The translations under genes were made by a program, and so were the position numbers. Of a stretch of 64,000 nucleotides of DNA, positions 1 to 9,300 are shown piece by piece (within the stretch, counting starts at the first letter, position 1; the number at the start of each line of letters is the position of its first letter). The notes under the pieces were generated by a model. The model saw only the letters and a program-made list of their open reading frames with translations. It was not told where the DNA came from and searched no databases. This DNA is from Verrucomicrobiota bacterium (lineage in GTDB: Bacteria > Verrucomicrobiota > Verrucomicrobiia > Limisphaerales > UBA11358): positions 64,987-128,986 of the forward strand of contig JBEKKZ010000003.1 of NCBI GenBank assembly GCA_050010435.1. Direction: 5' to 3'.

Positions 1-35
1 TCAGTCTGTGCATTTGTCTTGTCTGTCTGTCACTT

Positions 36-647
36 TTGATTTGGTCAGCGACGTTCAAAGATAAAGCTCCGGATTATCTGGCAAGAATTTGCCCGAAATA
101 TTTTGAGCGCGATGGTTTTTGCTTTGGGATTGTGCCTGAGATTGAAGGCAACCAAGCCCGGATTTCATTTTATTATCAGAACCGCTACGAACGCCCATGT
201 GAAGGAACAATCTGGCTTGTCCCAACCAAGGTTGCATTCAAAGACATTTCCGGTTTGCCCGAGTTCAAAGTGGAGATTGTTTGTGCCGGTGGTGAATTTG
301 GCAAAAAATCCTGCATTTGTGGATTACCACTTCGTTTTAAGGGCGAGCACATCCTTTGGGACGTCGCCGCCCAAACAAAATATCCCAATCGCCGCGGCAA
401 GCTGTTAAGGGTTCGGGATGGAATACGTGTCGGTACTGAAATTCGGTTTGCCGCCTTTCGTCAAATCATACGTTTCATCGGTTTTTTTGTTCATTTGCAT
501 TCCGAAAAGCCTGCTCGCATGAAAATTAAATTTCCGGATGAAATGTTTTTGTTTGAAAATGTCAGCGAATGGAAACAAGAAACAATTTGGAAAATAGGAG
601 ACCGCGATCCATTTTCCGATTCGCGCCAATTCGTGAAATTCGCGTAA
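36..647 (+). CDS. hypothetical protein, no recognisable domain
   Basis: 203-aa ORF (TTG at 36; the frame stays open to the left window edge, so it may be 5'-truncated). Visibly lower GC than the rest of the window. Ends 13 nt before valS. Confidence 0.3.
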   Translation: MIWSATFKDKAPDYLARICPKYFERDGFCFGIVPEIEGNQARISFYYQNRYERPCEGTIWLVPTKVAFKDISGLPEFKVEIVCAGGEFGKKSCICGLPLRFKGEHILWDVAAQTKYPNRRGKLLRVRDGIRVGTEIRFAAFRQIIRFIGFFVHLHSEKPARMKIKFPDEMFLFENVSEWKQETIWKIGDRDPFSDSRQFVKFA

Positions 648-660
648 AAACCCTTTTGTC

Positions 661-3600
661 ATGTCTGAGATTCCCAAGGCCTACGAACCGCAGTCCGTCG
701 AGGACAAGTGGTATCAGTTCTGGCTCGACCAGAAATGTTTTGTCGCCGACCCGGCGCGCGTGTCGCCCCGGCGCCCGGCGTATTCCATCGTCATCCCGCC
801 GCCGAACGTCACCGGCGTGCTCACCATGGGCCACGTCCTCAACAACACCATCCAGGACATCCTCGCCCGCAAGGCGCGCATGGACGGCAAGGAAGTCCTC
901 TGGCTGCCCGGCACCGACCACGCCGGCATTGCCACCCAGACCGTCGTCGAGAAAACGCTCAAGAAAGCCGGCGAAATCCGGCATCGCGATGACCTGGGCC
1001 GCGAAAAATTCCTCGAACGCGTCTGGCAATGGAAGGAAAAACACGGCGGCATCATCATCCAGCAACTGAAAAAACTCGGCGCGTCGTGCGATTGGACGCG
1101 CGAACGGTTCACGATGGACCCCGAATATTCGCGCTGCGTTCAGAAGGTGTTCGTGGAGCTTTACAAAAAGGGCCTCATCTATCGCGGCAAACGCATGGTG
1201 AACTGGGACCCCGCCGCCCGTACCGCACTCTCCGACGAGGAAGTCGATATGATTGAGGAAAAGGGGCACCTCTGGCACATCAAATACCCGCTCCTCGACG
1301 ACAAGGGCCGGCCCCAAGCCGATGAATTCGTGGTCGTGGCCACAACGCGGCCGGAAACGATGCTTGGCGACGAAGCCGTGGCGGTGAACCCGAACGACCC
1401 GCGCTACACGAAGCTCGTCCGGCGGAAAATCCTTCTGCCGCTCCAGAACAAGCCCATCCCCGTCATCGCCGACGAACTGGTGGACCCGAAGTTCGGCACC
1501 GGGTGCGTGAAGGTGACGCCCGCGCATGACCCCGCCGACTATGAAATGGCCGTGCGGCATAAACTCCCATTTACGGTCGTCATCGGCCCCGACGGCCGCA
1601 TGACCAAGGAAGCCGGCAAAGACTTCGATGGCATGGACCGCATGAAAGCGCGTCAGGCCGTGGTTGAGAAACTGACCGAACAGGGCCTGCTGTTGAAGAC
1701 CGAGGACTATGTCCACAACGTTGGTTACAGCCAGCGCAGCCACGTGCCCATCGAGCCGTATCTCAGCGAGCAATGGTTTTTGAAATATCCGAGCGTGGAA
1801 GAATCCCGCGCGTGCGTCGAGCAAGCGGAGGTAGGGCTCGCTGTCCCCAGCGAGCCGCGGCGCGCAGGGGACTGCGCGCCCTACCAAAAAATGCGCTTCC
1901 ACCCGCAGCGCTGGGCGAAGGTCTATGACCATTGGATGGGCAACATCAAAGACTGGTGCATTAGCCGCCAGCTCTGGTGGGGGCATCAAATCCCGGTTTG
2001 GCGCCCCGGGAAGGAGGCGGTTCATTTTGACCAGAGCAAAGTCGAAACTTTCATCAAAACAGAGGAGGAAAAGATTTCCGGTGAAGTCGTCCCGCGGCGT
2101 GTTCCTCTGGGCGACTGGGTCGGAACTGGTGGTACGTTACCCGTCCGTCGATTTCAACGCGAAGTTTGCCTTGGGCCAGGAGCAGAGTCGCTCGGAGAGG
2201 CTCTCGAAAAGCAGTTTGGTTGGGAGCAAGACCCTGACGTGCTCGACACTTGGTTCAGTTCCTGGCTCTGGCCGTTCGCGACGATGGGCTGGACTGGCGA
2301 TAAATCCCAGGACTCCAACAATCCAACACTCCAGGCCTTCTACCCGACCACCGACCTTGTCACCGGGCCGGACATTATTTTCTTCTGGGTCGCCCGCATG
2401 ATCATGGCCGGTTACGAGTTCATGGGGAATTTGCCGTTCCAGAACGTCTATTTCACCGGCATCATCCGCGACAAGCAGGGGCGCAAGATGTCCAAGAGCC
2501 TCGGCAATTCGCCCGACCCGCTTGATCTCATCGGCAAATACGGCGCGGACGCGCTCCGGTTCGGCACCATGCGCAGCGCGCCGCTCGGCCAGGACATTCT
2601 GTTCGACGAACAGAATGTCGAGTTGGGCCGCAATTTCTGCAACAAGCTCTGGAACGCCTGCCGCTTCCGGCAGATGATGAGTAACGCAGCCGTCCCGGCT
2701 GCCCCGGGCTTGGAAGGAAAAGTCAAAGAGGGCAGGCGGGACGCCTGCGCTACGTTTGAAGTGCAAGCCGAAATCAATCCGGTCTTGTTAACATCCGACG
2801 ACAAATGGATTTTGCTGAAGCTCGACCAGGCCATTCGTGAAATCACCGATGCGTTCGCCGAATACAAATTCAGCGATGCCACGGCGACGTTGTATCGCTT
2901 TTTCTGGAGCGAGTATTGCGACTGGTACGTCGAGGCGAGCAAGGCGGTTTTAACGAGGAGGAGTCGAGGTAACGAGACTCAAATTTCATCTGAAGAAAAT
3001 CAGAGACTCCTCACGTCGTCTCCTACAAAAGAGGACGAGGCGCGCAAGGCGAACACGGTGGCCGTGATTGATTGCGTTCTTTCGCACACATTGCGGTTGT
3101 TTCATCCCTTCCTGCCGTTCATCACGGAGGAACTCTGGCATGGGATGGGTTATGCCGGGGACATGCCGGAAAATCAGGGCGGGAAGACGATCATATTCGC
3201 CCCGTGGCCCAAGCCGCTCGATGACGATTTCAAAGATCATTACGGCCTCGACGATTGTTATCTGAAAATCGCGGGCGCGAAATATGATCTCGTTACGGAA
3301 GGCCGCAACCTGCGCCGCATGGCGAACATCGCCGCGAACAAAAAAGTCAAATTCATCCTCAAACCAGCGCATAAACTGGCGGCGCACGATATCGAAGTGC
3401 TCAAGCTGCTGCTCAACGCCGAGGCGTTCGAGGTCAGCGCGGATTATCAGCCCGGCAAAAACACGCTGACGGTGCGCGCCGAACTGGGCGACTTGTTCCT
3501 GCCGCTGGAAGGGTTGATTGACAAGGAAGCCGAGACGGCGCGGCTGAAAAAAGAGCTGGAAAAAATCGAGGCCGAGGCCGCCAAGGTCGAACAGAAGCTG

Positions 3601-3723
3601 GCCAACCCGAACTTCACGCAAAAAGTTCCGGCGAACGTGTTGCAGGAGCACCAACAGCGCCTCGCTGAGTGGCAATCCAAGCGCGAGCACGTGAAATCCG
3701 CGCTCGCCGCACTGCAAGATTGA
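661..3723 (+). CDS. valS: valine--tRNA ligase
   Basis: 1020 aa. Class-I aaRS motifs: HIGH-type LTMGHVLN and KMSKS (RKMSKSLGN). C-terminal coiled coil (KELEKIEAEAAKVEQKL). Carries three in-frame repeat insertions. Confidence 0.97.
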   Translation: MSEIPKAYEPQSVEDKWYQFWLDQKCFVADPARVSPRRPAYSIVIPPPNVTGVLTMGHVLNNTIQDILARKARMDGKEVLWLPGTDHAGIATQTVVEKTLKKAGEIRHRDDLGREKFLERVWQWKEKHGGIIIQQLKKLGASCDWTRERFTMDPEYSRCVQKVFVELYKKGLIYRGKRMVNWDPAARTALSDEEVDMIEEKGHLWHIKYPLLDDKGRPQADEFVVVATTRPETMLGDEAVAVNPNDPRYTKLVRRKILLPLQNKPIPVIADELVDPKFGTGCVKVTPAHDPADYEMAVRHKLPFTVVIGPDGRMTKEAGKDFDGMDRMKARQAVVEKLTEQGLLLKTEDYVHNVGYSQRSHVPIEPYLSEQWFLKYPSVEESRACVEQAEVGLAVPSEPRRAGDCAPYQKMRFHPQRWAKVYDHWMGNIKDWCISRQLWWGHQIPVWRPGKEAVHFDQSKVETFIKTEEEKISGEVVPRRVPLGDWVGTGGTLPVRRFQREVCLGPGAESLGEALEKQFGWEQDPDVLDTWFSSWLWPFATMGWTGDKSQDSNNPTLQAFYPTTDLVTGPDIIFFWVARMIMAGYEFMGNLPFQNVYFTGIIRDKQGRKMSKSLGNSPDPLDLIGKYGADALRFGTMRSAPLGQDILFDEQNVELGRNFCNKLWNACRFRQMMSNAAVPAAPGLEGKVKEGRRDACATFEVQAEINPVLLTSDDKWILLKLDQAIREITDAFAEYKFSDATATLYRFFWSEYCDWYVEASKAVLTRRSRGNETQISSEENQRLLTSSPTKEDEARKANTVAVIDCVLSHTLRLFHPFLPFITEELWHGMGYAGDMPENQGGKTIIFAPWPKPLDDDFKDHYGLDDCYLKIAGAKYDLVTEGRNLRRMANIAANKKVKFILKPAHKLAAHDIEVLKLLLNAEAFEVSADYQPGKNTLTVRAELGDLFLPLEGLIDKEAETARLKKELEKIEAEAAKVEQKLANPNFTQKVPANVLQEHQQRLAEWQSKREHVKSALAALQD
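1831..1884. repeat. GTAGGG...CCCTAC double-hairpin (REPIN-like) element, in frame inside valS
   Basis: 54 nt = 18 codons: GTAGGG[CTCGCTG-TCCCC-AGCGAG]CC[GCGCGCAG-GGGA-CTGCGCGC]CCTAC. Translated as VGLAVPSEPRRAGDCAPY. Confidence 0.8.
2681..2753. repeat. GTAAC...GCTAC REPIN-like element, in frame inside valS
   Basis: GTAACGCAGCCG-TCC-CGGCTG ... GCAGGCG-GGA-CGCCTGCGCTAC. Reverse-orientation relative of the intergenic copies at 22285..22332 and 30926..30974, with a longer spacer. Confidence 0.75.
2957..3026. repeat. REPIN-like element (GGAGGAGTCGAGGTAACGAGACTC...GAGACTCCTCACGTCGTCTCCTAC), in frame inside valS
   Basis: Reverse-orientation twin of the intergenic element at 5791..5875. Translated as SRGNETQISSEENQRLLTSSPT. 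Confidence 0.75.
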
Positions 3724-3820
3724 GTCGCCGCGCGCAGTTGTTGGAGTTCAATCCCGCGCTGCGGGATTGTTCCCATAATGCAGGCTAAAGGGGTATCCAT
3801 GCAGTAGAAAAATCTTTTGA

Positions 3821-3960
3821 TCACGGATGGACACGGATCCCGCAGAGCGGGACGGATAGGAAAAGGATTTCAGCCATGCAAACAAGTTCACCCATAAGTG
3901 AGGCTTTTCGGGTTCGCGGAAGAGACCTTTTGCCTTGTCTTAATCCGTGTCCATCCGTGG
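3821..3960. repeat. MITE-like element with CACGGAT-type terminal inverted repeats
   Basis: Left arm TCACGGATGGACACGGAT (3821..3838), right arm ATCCGTGTCCATCCGTGG (3943..3960). Same family as 8164..8312 and 23091..23229. Confidence 0.7.
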
Positions 3961-4320
3961 TTTAATTGAATAGATACGGCTAAAGTCTGAACTCCAACGC
4001 GCGGCGGACACGAATTTCTTGCCCTGCCGCCAAAGCCCTGCCAGTCTGACGCACCGAAGCCATGAAGCGAATTTCCTTGTCGCTTTTGCTGCTTTTTCTG
4101 CCGGATGGCCACCGGGCCCCGACTTCCTTCATTTCCAAATGGGGGGAGATTTGGGTAACACCACTTTTGAGTAACCGGATCACCTTCCGGCCTCTCCTTG
4201 GGTAACATCCACTCTTGAGTCACGACGCGGGAAATCAATTTTTCAATTTCCGGCGGCTGATTCCCAATCCCTTTGACACCCCGTTTGCATGGCGTAAAAT
4301 GCGCCAGCAATTTTTTCACC

Positions 4321-5781
4321 ATGCCCACACATTATCTCGCCTGCGACCTCGGCGCAGACAGCGGACGCCTTATGCTCGGCACTCTCGACAACGGGAAAAT
4401 CACCTTGGAGGAACTGCATCGTTTTCCCAACGGCCCGGTCAAGGTTTCCAGCGCGTTGCACTGGAACATTGACGGCTTGTTCAACGAGTTGAAGGCCGGC
4501 CTGAAAAAAGCCGCCGCGCGCCAGTTGCCCATCGCCAGCATCAGCACCGATTCGTGGGGCGTGGATTACGTGCTTTACGACGAGCGCGGCCAAATCCTGC
4601 CGCCGGTGTGGCACTACCGCGATCCGCGCACCGCGGCCGGCGTGGGAAACACCAAAGCGCGCGTGGACTGGCCGACGATTTACTCCGAAACCGGCATCCA
4701 GTTCATGGCGTTGAACACGATTTACCAGCTCGCCGCCGAGCCCCCCGCGCGCCTGGCCGGTACCAGACAGCTTCTGCTCATCGGCGATGCGTTCAATTAC
4801 TTTTGCTCCGGCGTGGCGAGAAATGAGGTTTCGCTCGCCAGCACCACGCAGCTTTACAATCCGCAGACCAAAACGTGGTCGAAAAAACTTTTCCGCGCGC
4901 TGGGTTTGCGCGAGGAAATGTTCGCGCCCATCTGCCCGTCCGGCACGCGGCTGGGGCCGCTGAAAAAAGAGCTCGCCACCGAAACCGGCCTGCCGCAAAT
5001 CGAAGTCATCGCGTCCTGTTCGCACGACACCGGCTCGGCGGTCGCCGCCGTTCCGGCGAGCGGGGAAAATTGGGCCTGCCTCAGTTCCGGCACGTGGTCG
5101 GTCATGGGCGTTGAATGGCCGCATCCCGTCATCACCGAACAGGGCCGTGATCTCGGTTTTACCAACGAAATCGGTTTTGGCAACACCGTGCGCCTGCTCA
5201 AAAACACCGTCGGCCTCTGGCTGGTGCAGGAATGCCGCCGCCAGTGGATGAAAGAGGGGGGAAAATACGATTTTACCGCGCTCGAACAGCTTGCCGCGAC
5301 CGCGCCGCCATTTGTCTCGCTCATCAATCCCAACGACCCGCGCTTTTTAAGCCCGGACGACATGCCGAAAAAGATCGCCGCATTTTGCCGGGAAACCGGG
5401 CAGCCCGTGCCGGCCGCTCACGGCGCGTTCATGCGCTGCATTTACGAAAGCCTCGCGCTGTCATATCGCGTCGTCCGGCGGCGGTTGGAACGGCTCATCG
5501 GCAAAAGGATCGAGCGGTTGCACATCGTCGGGGGCGGCAGCCAGGCCATGATGCTCAATCAATTTGCCGCCAATGCGTTGAAAATCCCCGTGCTGGCCGG
5601 CCCGACCGAGTGCGCCGCGCTCGGCAACATCCTGGTTCAGGCCATCACACTCGGCCATCTGCCGTCGCATGCTGCCGCGCGCGAAGTGGTGCGCAATTCA
5701 TTTGAACTGAAGACCATCACGCCGCAATCGGCTGCGGAATGGGACGCCGCCGCCGCGCGGTTTGAAAAATTGTTGAGCTGA
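4321..5781 (+). CDS. rhaB: rhamnulokinase-like FGGY carbohydrate kinase
   Basis: Start taken at ATG 4321 (MPTHYLACDLGADSGRLMLG). Colinear by eye with E. coli RhaB (DLGASSGR, DSWGVDYVL, YSETGIQF, SSGTWS, HIVGGGSQ). Confidence 0.8.
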   Translation: MPTHYLACDLGADSGRLMLGTLDNGKITLEELHRFPNGPVKVSSALHWNIDGLFNELKAGLKKAAARQLPIASISTDSWGVDYVLYDERGQILPPVWHYRDPRTAAGVGNTKARVDWPTIYSETGIQFMALNTIYQLAAEPPARLAGTRQLLLIGDAFNYFCSGVARNEVSLASTTQLYNPQTKTWSKKLFRALGLREEMFAPICPSGTRLGPLKKELATETGLPQIEVIASCSHDTGSAVAAVPASGENWACLSSGTWSVMGVEWPHPVITEQGRDLGFTNEIGFGNTVRLLKNTVGLWLVQECRRQWMKEGGKYDFTALEQLAATAPPFVSLINPNDPRFLSPDDMPKKIAAFCRETGQPVPAAHGAFMRCIYESLALSYRVVRRRLERLIGKRIERLHIVGGGSQAMMLNQFAANALKIPVLAGPTECAALGNILVQAITLGHLPSHAAAREVVRNSFELKTITPQSAAEWDAAAARFEKLLS

Positions 5782-5790
5782 GGGAATTCC

Positions 5791-5875
5791 GTAGGAGCCG
5801 ACGTGAGGAGGCTCATTCATCCCCCCCAGCGGGATGTTCTGAAGACAATTTGAGCCTCGTTACCTCGGCTCCTGC
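5791..5875. repeat. GTAGGAGCC...GGCTCCTGC REPIN-like element (intergenic)
   Basis: GTAGGAGCCGACGTGAGGAGGCTC ... GAGCCTCGTTACCTCGGCTCCTGC, between the convergent rhaB and lemA stops. Confidence 0.75.
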
Positions 5876-5889
5876 AAATCATTTCGCGA

Positions 5890-6462
5890 TTACGGTGTCG
5901 CAAAATCCACGTTCGGCACATCCCTGACCGATGGCGGAACGCTGAAAAAATCCCCTTCCGATTTGAACCCGAACGTCCGGGCCACAAAATTGCTGGGGAA
6001 GGTTTCGCATTTGTTGCGGTAATCGCGGACGTTGCCGTTGTAAAACCGGCGGGCGGCCTGGATGCGGTCTTCCGTGTTGACGAGTTCCTGTTGCAGCTTG
6101 AGAAAATTCTGGTCGGCCTTGAGCTGTGGATAATTTTCCACCACCGCGAGCAGTTGTTTGAGCGCGTCCACGAGCTGAATTTCGTCGCGGGACTGGTCGG
6201 CCACCGGGCCGTTGTTGGCGGCGCAGCGGTTGCGAAGCTCGGCCACGCGTTCCAGCACCGCGCGTTCGTGCGCGGCATAGCCCTTGACCACGGCCACCAG
6301 GTTCGGAATGAGGTCGTAGCGCCGTTTCAATTCCACGTCCACATCGCTCCACGATTCGCGGATGTAATTCCGCAGGGCGACGAGCGCGTTGTATTGCACC
6401 AGCGCGTAAACGGCCGGCAACAAAACGACGACCAAGCAGGCAATCAAAATCGGCATGTTCAT
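5890..6462 (-). CDS. lemA: LemA family membrane protein
   Basis: Start at ATG 6462 (MNMPILIACLVVVLLPAVYALVQYNALVALRN...). Typical LemA N-terminal TM helix plus a conserved helical body. ATGA overlap with the upstream gene's stop. Confidence 0.85.
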   Translation of the reverse strand: MNMPILIACLVVVLLPAVYALVQYNALVALRNYIRESWSDVDVELKRRYDLIPNLVAVVKGYAAHERAVLERVAELRNRCAANNGPVADQSRDEIQLVDALKQLLAVVENYPQLKADQNFLKLQQELVNTEDRIQAARRFYNGNVRDYRNKCETFPSNFVARTFGFKSEGDFFSVPPSVRDVPNVDFATP

Positions 6463-7109
6463 GTTTTTGCGAACAGATATTCCGGTAGCAGGGAACGGAT
6501 CTCGCACAGCCGTTCCAGGTTGTATTCGACTTGTTTGGCCAGCCATTGTGTATCGGATATCAGTGCCAGCACGCAATTCTGGATTTGGATGTTCAAGTCG
6601 CGATTTTCCAGCAGGTAATCAATCACCTGCGCATTGCAGACATCGTACGCAAACCGTTTGTCCCTACACCGCACACAAAACGCACGGGTGAATTCGGCTG
6701 ATTCGAAATGAATGTCCTCCTCGTCCAGCGCCCCGGCGATTTTTGACAGCAACCCTTCCGGCGTAATGCGCAGCTCCGGAAAATACCCCGGCATCAACAC
6801 CATGACCATCGTCAGGTAGCAATGGGAGCTGGAGAGTTCATGGTCCGCACCCTTCCCCGATATTTCGTAATGATAATCGAAAGCCAGCACTTCACTCTGC
6901 CGGTAACGACCGGACAGGACGTTGAAAGCGTAACGGTTCTTGCCCTGCGCCAGATGTTGCAGGAACCCGTAGTCGTCGGCGAGGACGTAATTCTGTGCCG
7001 GATCGAGGCGGAGCCCCAGGCGATCCGCCATTTCCTTTGTTTCCGTGTAGTCCATGGCTTTCAGGCTTTCAGGTTTTGGCCAAACAAATAATCGGGCACG
7101 ATAGGCCAC
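6459..7109 (-). CDS. hypothetical protein co-transcribed with lemA (DUF3137-like by eye)
   Basis: 216-aa ORF (GTG 7109; alternative ATG 7055, MDYTETKE). The stop overlaps the lemA start. The segment IHFESAEFTRAFCVRCRDKRFAYDV resembles LemA-associated DUF3137 proteins (from memory). Confidence 0.5.
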   Translation of the reverse strand: MAYRARLFVWPKPESLKAMDYTETKEMADRLGLRLDPAQNYVLADDYGFLQHLAQGKNRYAFNVLSGRYRQSEVLAFDYHYEISGKGADHELSSSHCYLTMVMVLMPGYFPELRITPEGLLSKIAGALDEEDIHFESAEFTRAFCVRCRDKRFAYDVCNAQVIDYLLENRDLNIQIQNCVLALISDTQWLAKQVEYNLERLCEIRSLLPEYLFAKT

Positions 7110-7228
7110 AAGCTGTGCACGCAGCTTTTCTAAACCAAAGCCACGGGGCGAGCCATTACAATTTCAGGTGTTTTCTCCACCGCCCGTTTTTCCTTTTCCC
7201 CTTTTCCCTTCGCCTTCATCCTGACGGC

Positions 7229-8164
7229 GTGGAATTGTCCGCCGCAGAAATCCGCCAGGCCGTCCAGGCCGCCCTTGCCGAGGACATCGGCAGCGGCGAT
7301 GTCACGACGCTCGCCACCGTGCCCGAAACCGCGACGGCCAGGGCCGTCCTGCGCGCGCGTGAACCGCTCGTCGTCGCCGGACTCGATTTCGCCGAGGCCG
7401 CTTTCCGTGGAGTCTTTGAATTCATCAATCGGAGGGGCGAGCTCTGCGAGCCCCAAAAATCTCAAAACGAATCAGGGCGTCGTGGAACTCCACCCTCCGA
7501 AGAGGAAATCAAAATTGAGCGATTGGCCAAAGATGGCCGGCGCGTCAACGGCGATGAAATTTTGCTGAAAATTTCCGGTTTGGCGCGCGCGATTTTGAGC
7601 GCCGAGCGCGTGGCGTTGAATTTTGTCCAGCGGCTTTCCGGCATTGCCACGTTGACCGCGCAATTCGTGGATGCCATCAAAGACACGCCGACGCAAATTC
7701 TCGACACGCGCAAGACGACGCCCGGCTGGCGGCGGTTCGAGAAATACGCCGTCACCTGCGGCGGCGGACGCAACCATCGCCTGGGCCTGTTCGACCTGGT
7801 GCTCATCAAGGACAACCACCTCGCCGCGCTGCGTGGCGCGCAGCCGAACGCCATCGCCGCCGCCGTCCGGCGCGCGCGCGAAAAATTTCCGCAACTGAAA
7901 ATCGAGATCGAGGCCGACACGCTGGAGCAGGCCGAGCAGGCCGCCGCCGCGGGTGCGGACATCATTCTGCTCGACAACATGAATCCCGTGCAATTGCGGC
8001 TCGCCGTGCAAAAAGTCAAAGGCCGCGCGAAAACCGAAGCCAGCGGCGGGGTGAATCTGGCCGGCGTCCAGACGATTGCAAAAACCGGTGTGGATTTCGT
8101 TTCCATCGGTGCGCTGACGCATTCGGCGCGCGCGGTGGACATGGGATTGGATTTTGAAAGCTAA
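7229..8164 (+). CDS. nadC: nicotinate-nucleotide diphosphorylase (carboxylating)
   Basis: Start proposed at GTG 7229 (in frame; no ATG nearby). Motifs AERVALNFVQRLSGIATLT, DTRKTTPG, GGGRNHRLGL, IKDNH. Contains an in-frame repeat. Confidence 0.85.
   Translation: MELSAAEIRQAVQAALAEDIGSGDVTTLATVPETATARAVLRAREPLVVAGLDFAEAAFRGVFEFINRRGELCEPQKSQNESGRRGTPPSEEEIKIERLAKDGRRVNGDEILLKISGLARAILSAERVALNFVQRLSGIATLTAQFVDAIKDTPTQILDTRKTTPGWRRFEKYAVTCGGGRNHRLGLFDLVLIKDNHLAALRGAQPNAIAAAVRRAREKFPQLKIEIEADTLEQAEQAAAAGADIILLDNMNPVQLRLAVQKVKGRAKTEASGGVNLAGVQTIAKTGVDFVSIGALTHSARAVDMGLDFES
7430..7499. repeat. palindromic element CGGAGGGG...CCCTCCG in frame inside nadC
   Basis: 70-nt imperfect palindrome encoding RRGELCEPQKSQNESGRRGTPPS, interrupting otherwise NadC-like sequence. 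Confidence 0.6.
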
Positions 8165-8312
8165 CCACGGATTGACACGGATGAACACGGATAAAATTGA
8201 ACGCGCCCCTCGCCCCGTCCCTCTCCCCGTTTGGCGGGGAGAGGGTGGCCTCCGGCCGGGTGAGGGGATTTTTCTTTCAAAAATCCGTGTTTATCCGTGT
8301 TCATCCGTGGTT
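8164..8312. repeat. MITE-like element with CACGGAT-type terminal inverted repeats
   Basis: ACCACGGATTGACACGGATGAACACGGAT ... ATCCGTGTTTATCCGTGTTCATCCGTGGT. Inner hairpin CTCTCCCCG-TTTGG-CGGGGAGAG. Fills the nadC-birA spacer. Confidence 0.75.
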
Positions 8313-8320
8313 AAAAACCC

Positions 8321-9298
8321 ATGACCACGGACGCTAAAATTCTTTCCGCGTTGCGCGAGAATGCCGCCGGCGTTTCGGGCGCAGACCTGGCCGGGCAATT
8401 GGGGGTCACGCGCGCGGCAATTTGGGGACGCATCGAACAGTTGCGCCAGCTCGGCTACGAAATCGAGGCCGGCCCGCATTTTGGCTACCGGCTCGTCAGC
8501 GCGCCGGATGTGTTGCACGCCGACGATTTGCTCGCCCGCCTCGGCAAAACAAAGGTCATTGGCCGCGACATCCGCGTGTTCGAGCAAACGACCTCGACGA
8601 ACGATGTGATCGAAAAACTCGCCCGCGACGGCGTCAAGGAGGGCGCGGTCGTTTTTGCCGAGTCGCAGACGAAGGGCCGGGGGCGGCTCGGCCGCAAATG
8701 GATTTCGCCCGAACGGAAAGGACTTTGGTTTTCCGTTTTGCTGCGACCGGATTTGCGCCCGCAGGAAGCGACGCAATTGACGGTCGCTTCCGCAACGGCT
8801 CTGCGCCGCGCGATTCAATCCGAGACCGGTTTGCATCCCGAAATCAAATGGCCGAACGACATTTTAATTGATGGGAAAAAAGTCGCGGGCATTTTGACCG
8901 AGTTGAGCGCGGAATTGGACCGGGTTCGTCACGTCATCCTGGGCATCGGCGTGGACGTAAATCTGAGCCCGGGCGAGTTTCCGCCGGAATTGCGCAAGCT
9001 GGCGACTTCGCTCAAAATTGAATCGGGCAAAACGATTTCGCGCTCCGAACTGGCGACGGCGATTTTGCGCGAACTCGATGGCGATTACGCGCGGATTTGC
9101 GGCGGCTGCTTCGCGGAGGTGGCGGACGAATGGGAGGCGCATTGCCAGACGATTGGCCGCAACGTGACGATTCAAACCGGCGAGCGCAGGATTCGCGGCT
9201 GCGCGGAGTCGCTGGATGATGACGGCGCGTTGCTGCTGCGCACCGAGCACGGGCATCTGGAGCGCGTCACCGGCGGCGATGTGACCTTGGAAAAGTGA
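8321..9298 (+). CDS. birA: bifunctional biotin--[acetyl-CoA-carboxylase] ligase / biotin operon repressor
   Basis: N-terminal wHTH (SGADLAGQLGVTRAAIWGRIEQLRQLGYEI). Ligase motif GRGRLGRKW. 325 aa. Confidence 0.9.
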   Translation: MTTDAKILSALRENAAGVSGADLAGQLGVTRAAIWGRIEQLRQLGYEIEAGPHFGYRLVSAPDVLHADDLLARLGKTKVIGRDIRVFEQTTSTNDVIEKLARDGVKEGAVVFAESQTKGRGRLGRKWISPERKGLWFSVLLRPDLRPQEATQLTVASATALRRAIQSETGLHPEIKWPNDILIDGKKVAGILTELSAELDRVRHVILGIGVDVNLSPGEFPPELRKLATSLKIESGKTISRSELATAILRELDGDYARICGGCFAEVADEWEAHCQTIGRNVTIQTGERRIRGCAESLDDDGALLLRTEHGHLERVTGGDVTLEK

Positions 9299-9300
9299 AC

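Noticed and set aside
562-2025. 487-aa minus-strand ORF overlapping valS
   Set aside because: It is antisense to valS (clear HIGH/KMSKS motifs) and has Arg/Ala/Gly-rich shadow-ORF composition.
3751-3771. Hairpin AATCCCGC-GCT-GCGGGATT after valS as an intrinsic terminator
   Set aside because: No T-run follows it. It looks like part of another repeat family rather than a canonical terminator.
4062-4205. 47-codon ORF with signal-peptide-like start (MKRISLSLLLLFLP...) in the valS-rhaB spacer
   Set aside because: It is short, has no RBS or conservation evidence, and is embedded in repeat-rich non-coding DNA.
3888-4328. 146-aa minus-strand ORF
   Set aside because: It is assembled largely from the CACGGAT MITE and other repeat sequence (contains the HGWTRIKTR repeat peptide) and is not gene-like.
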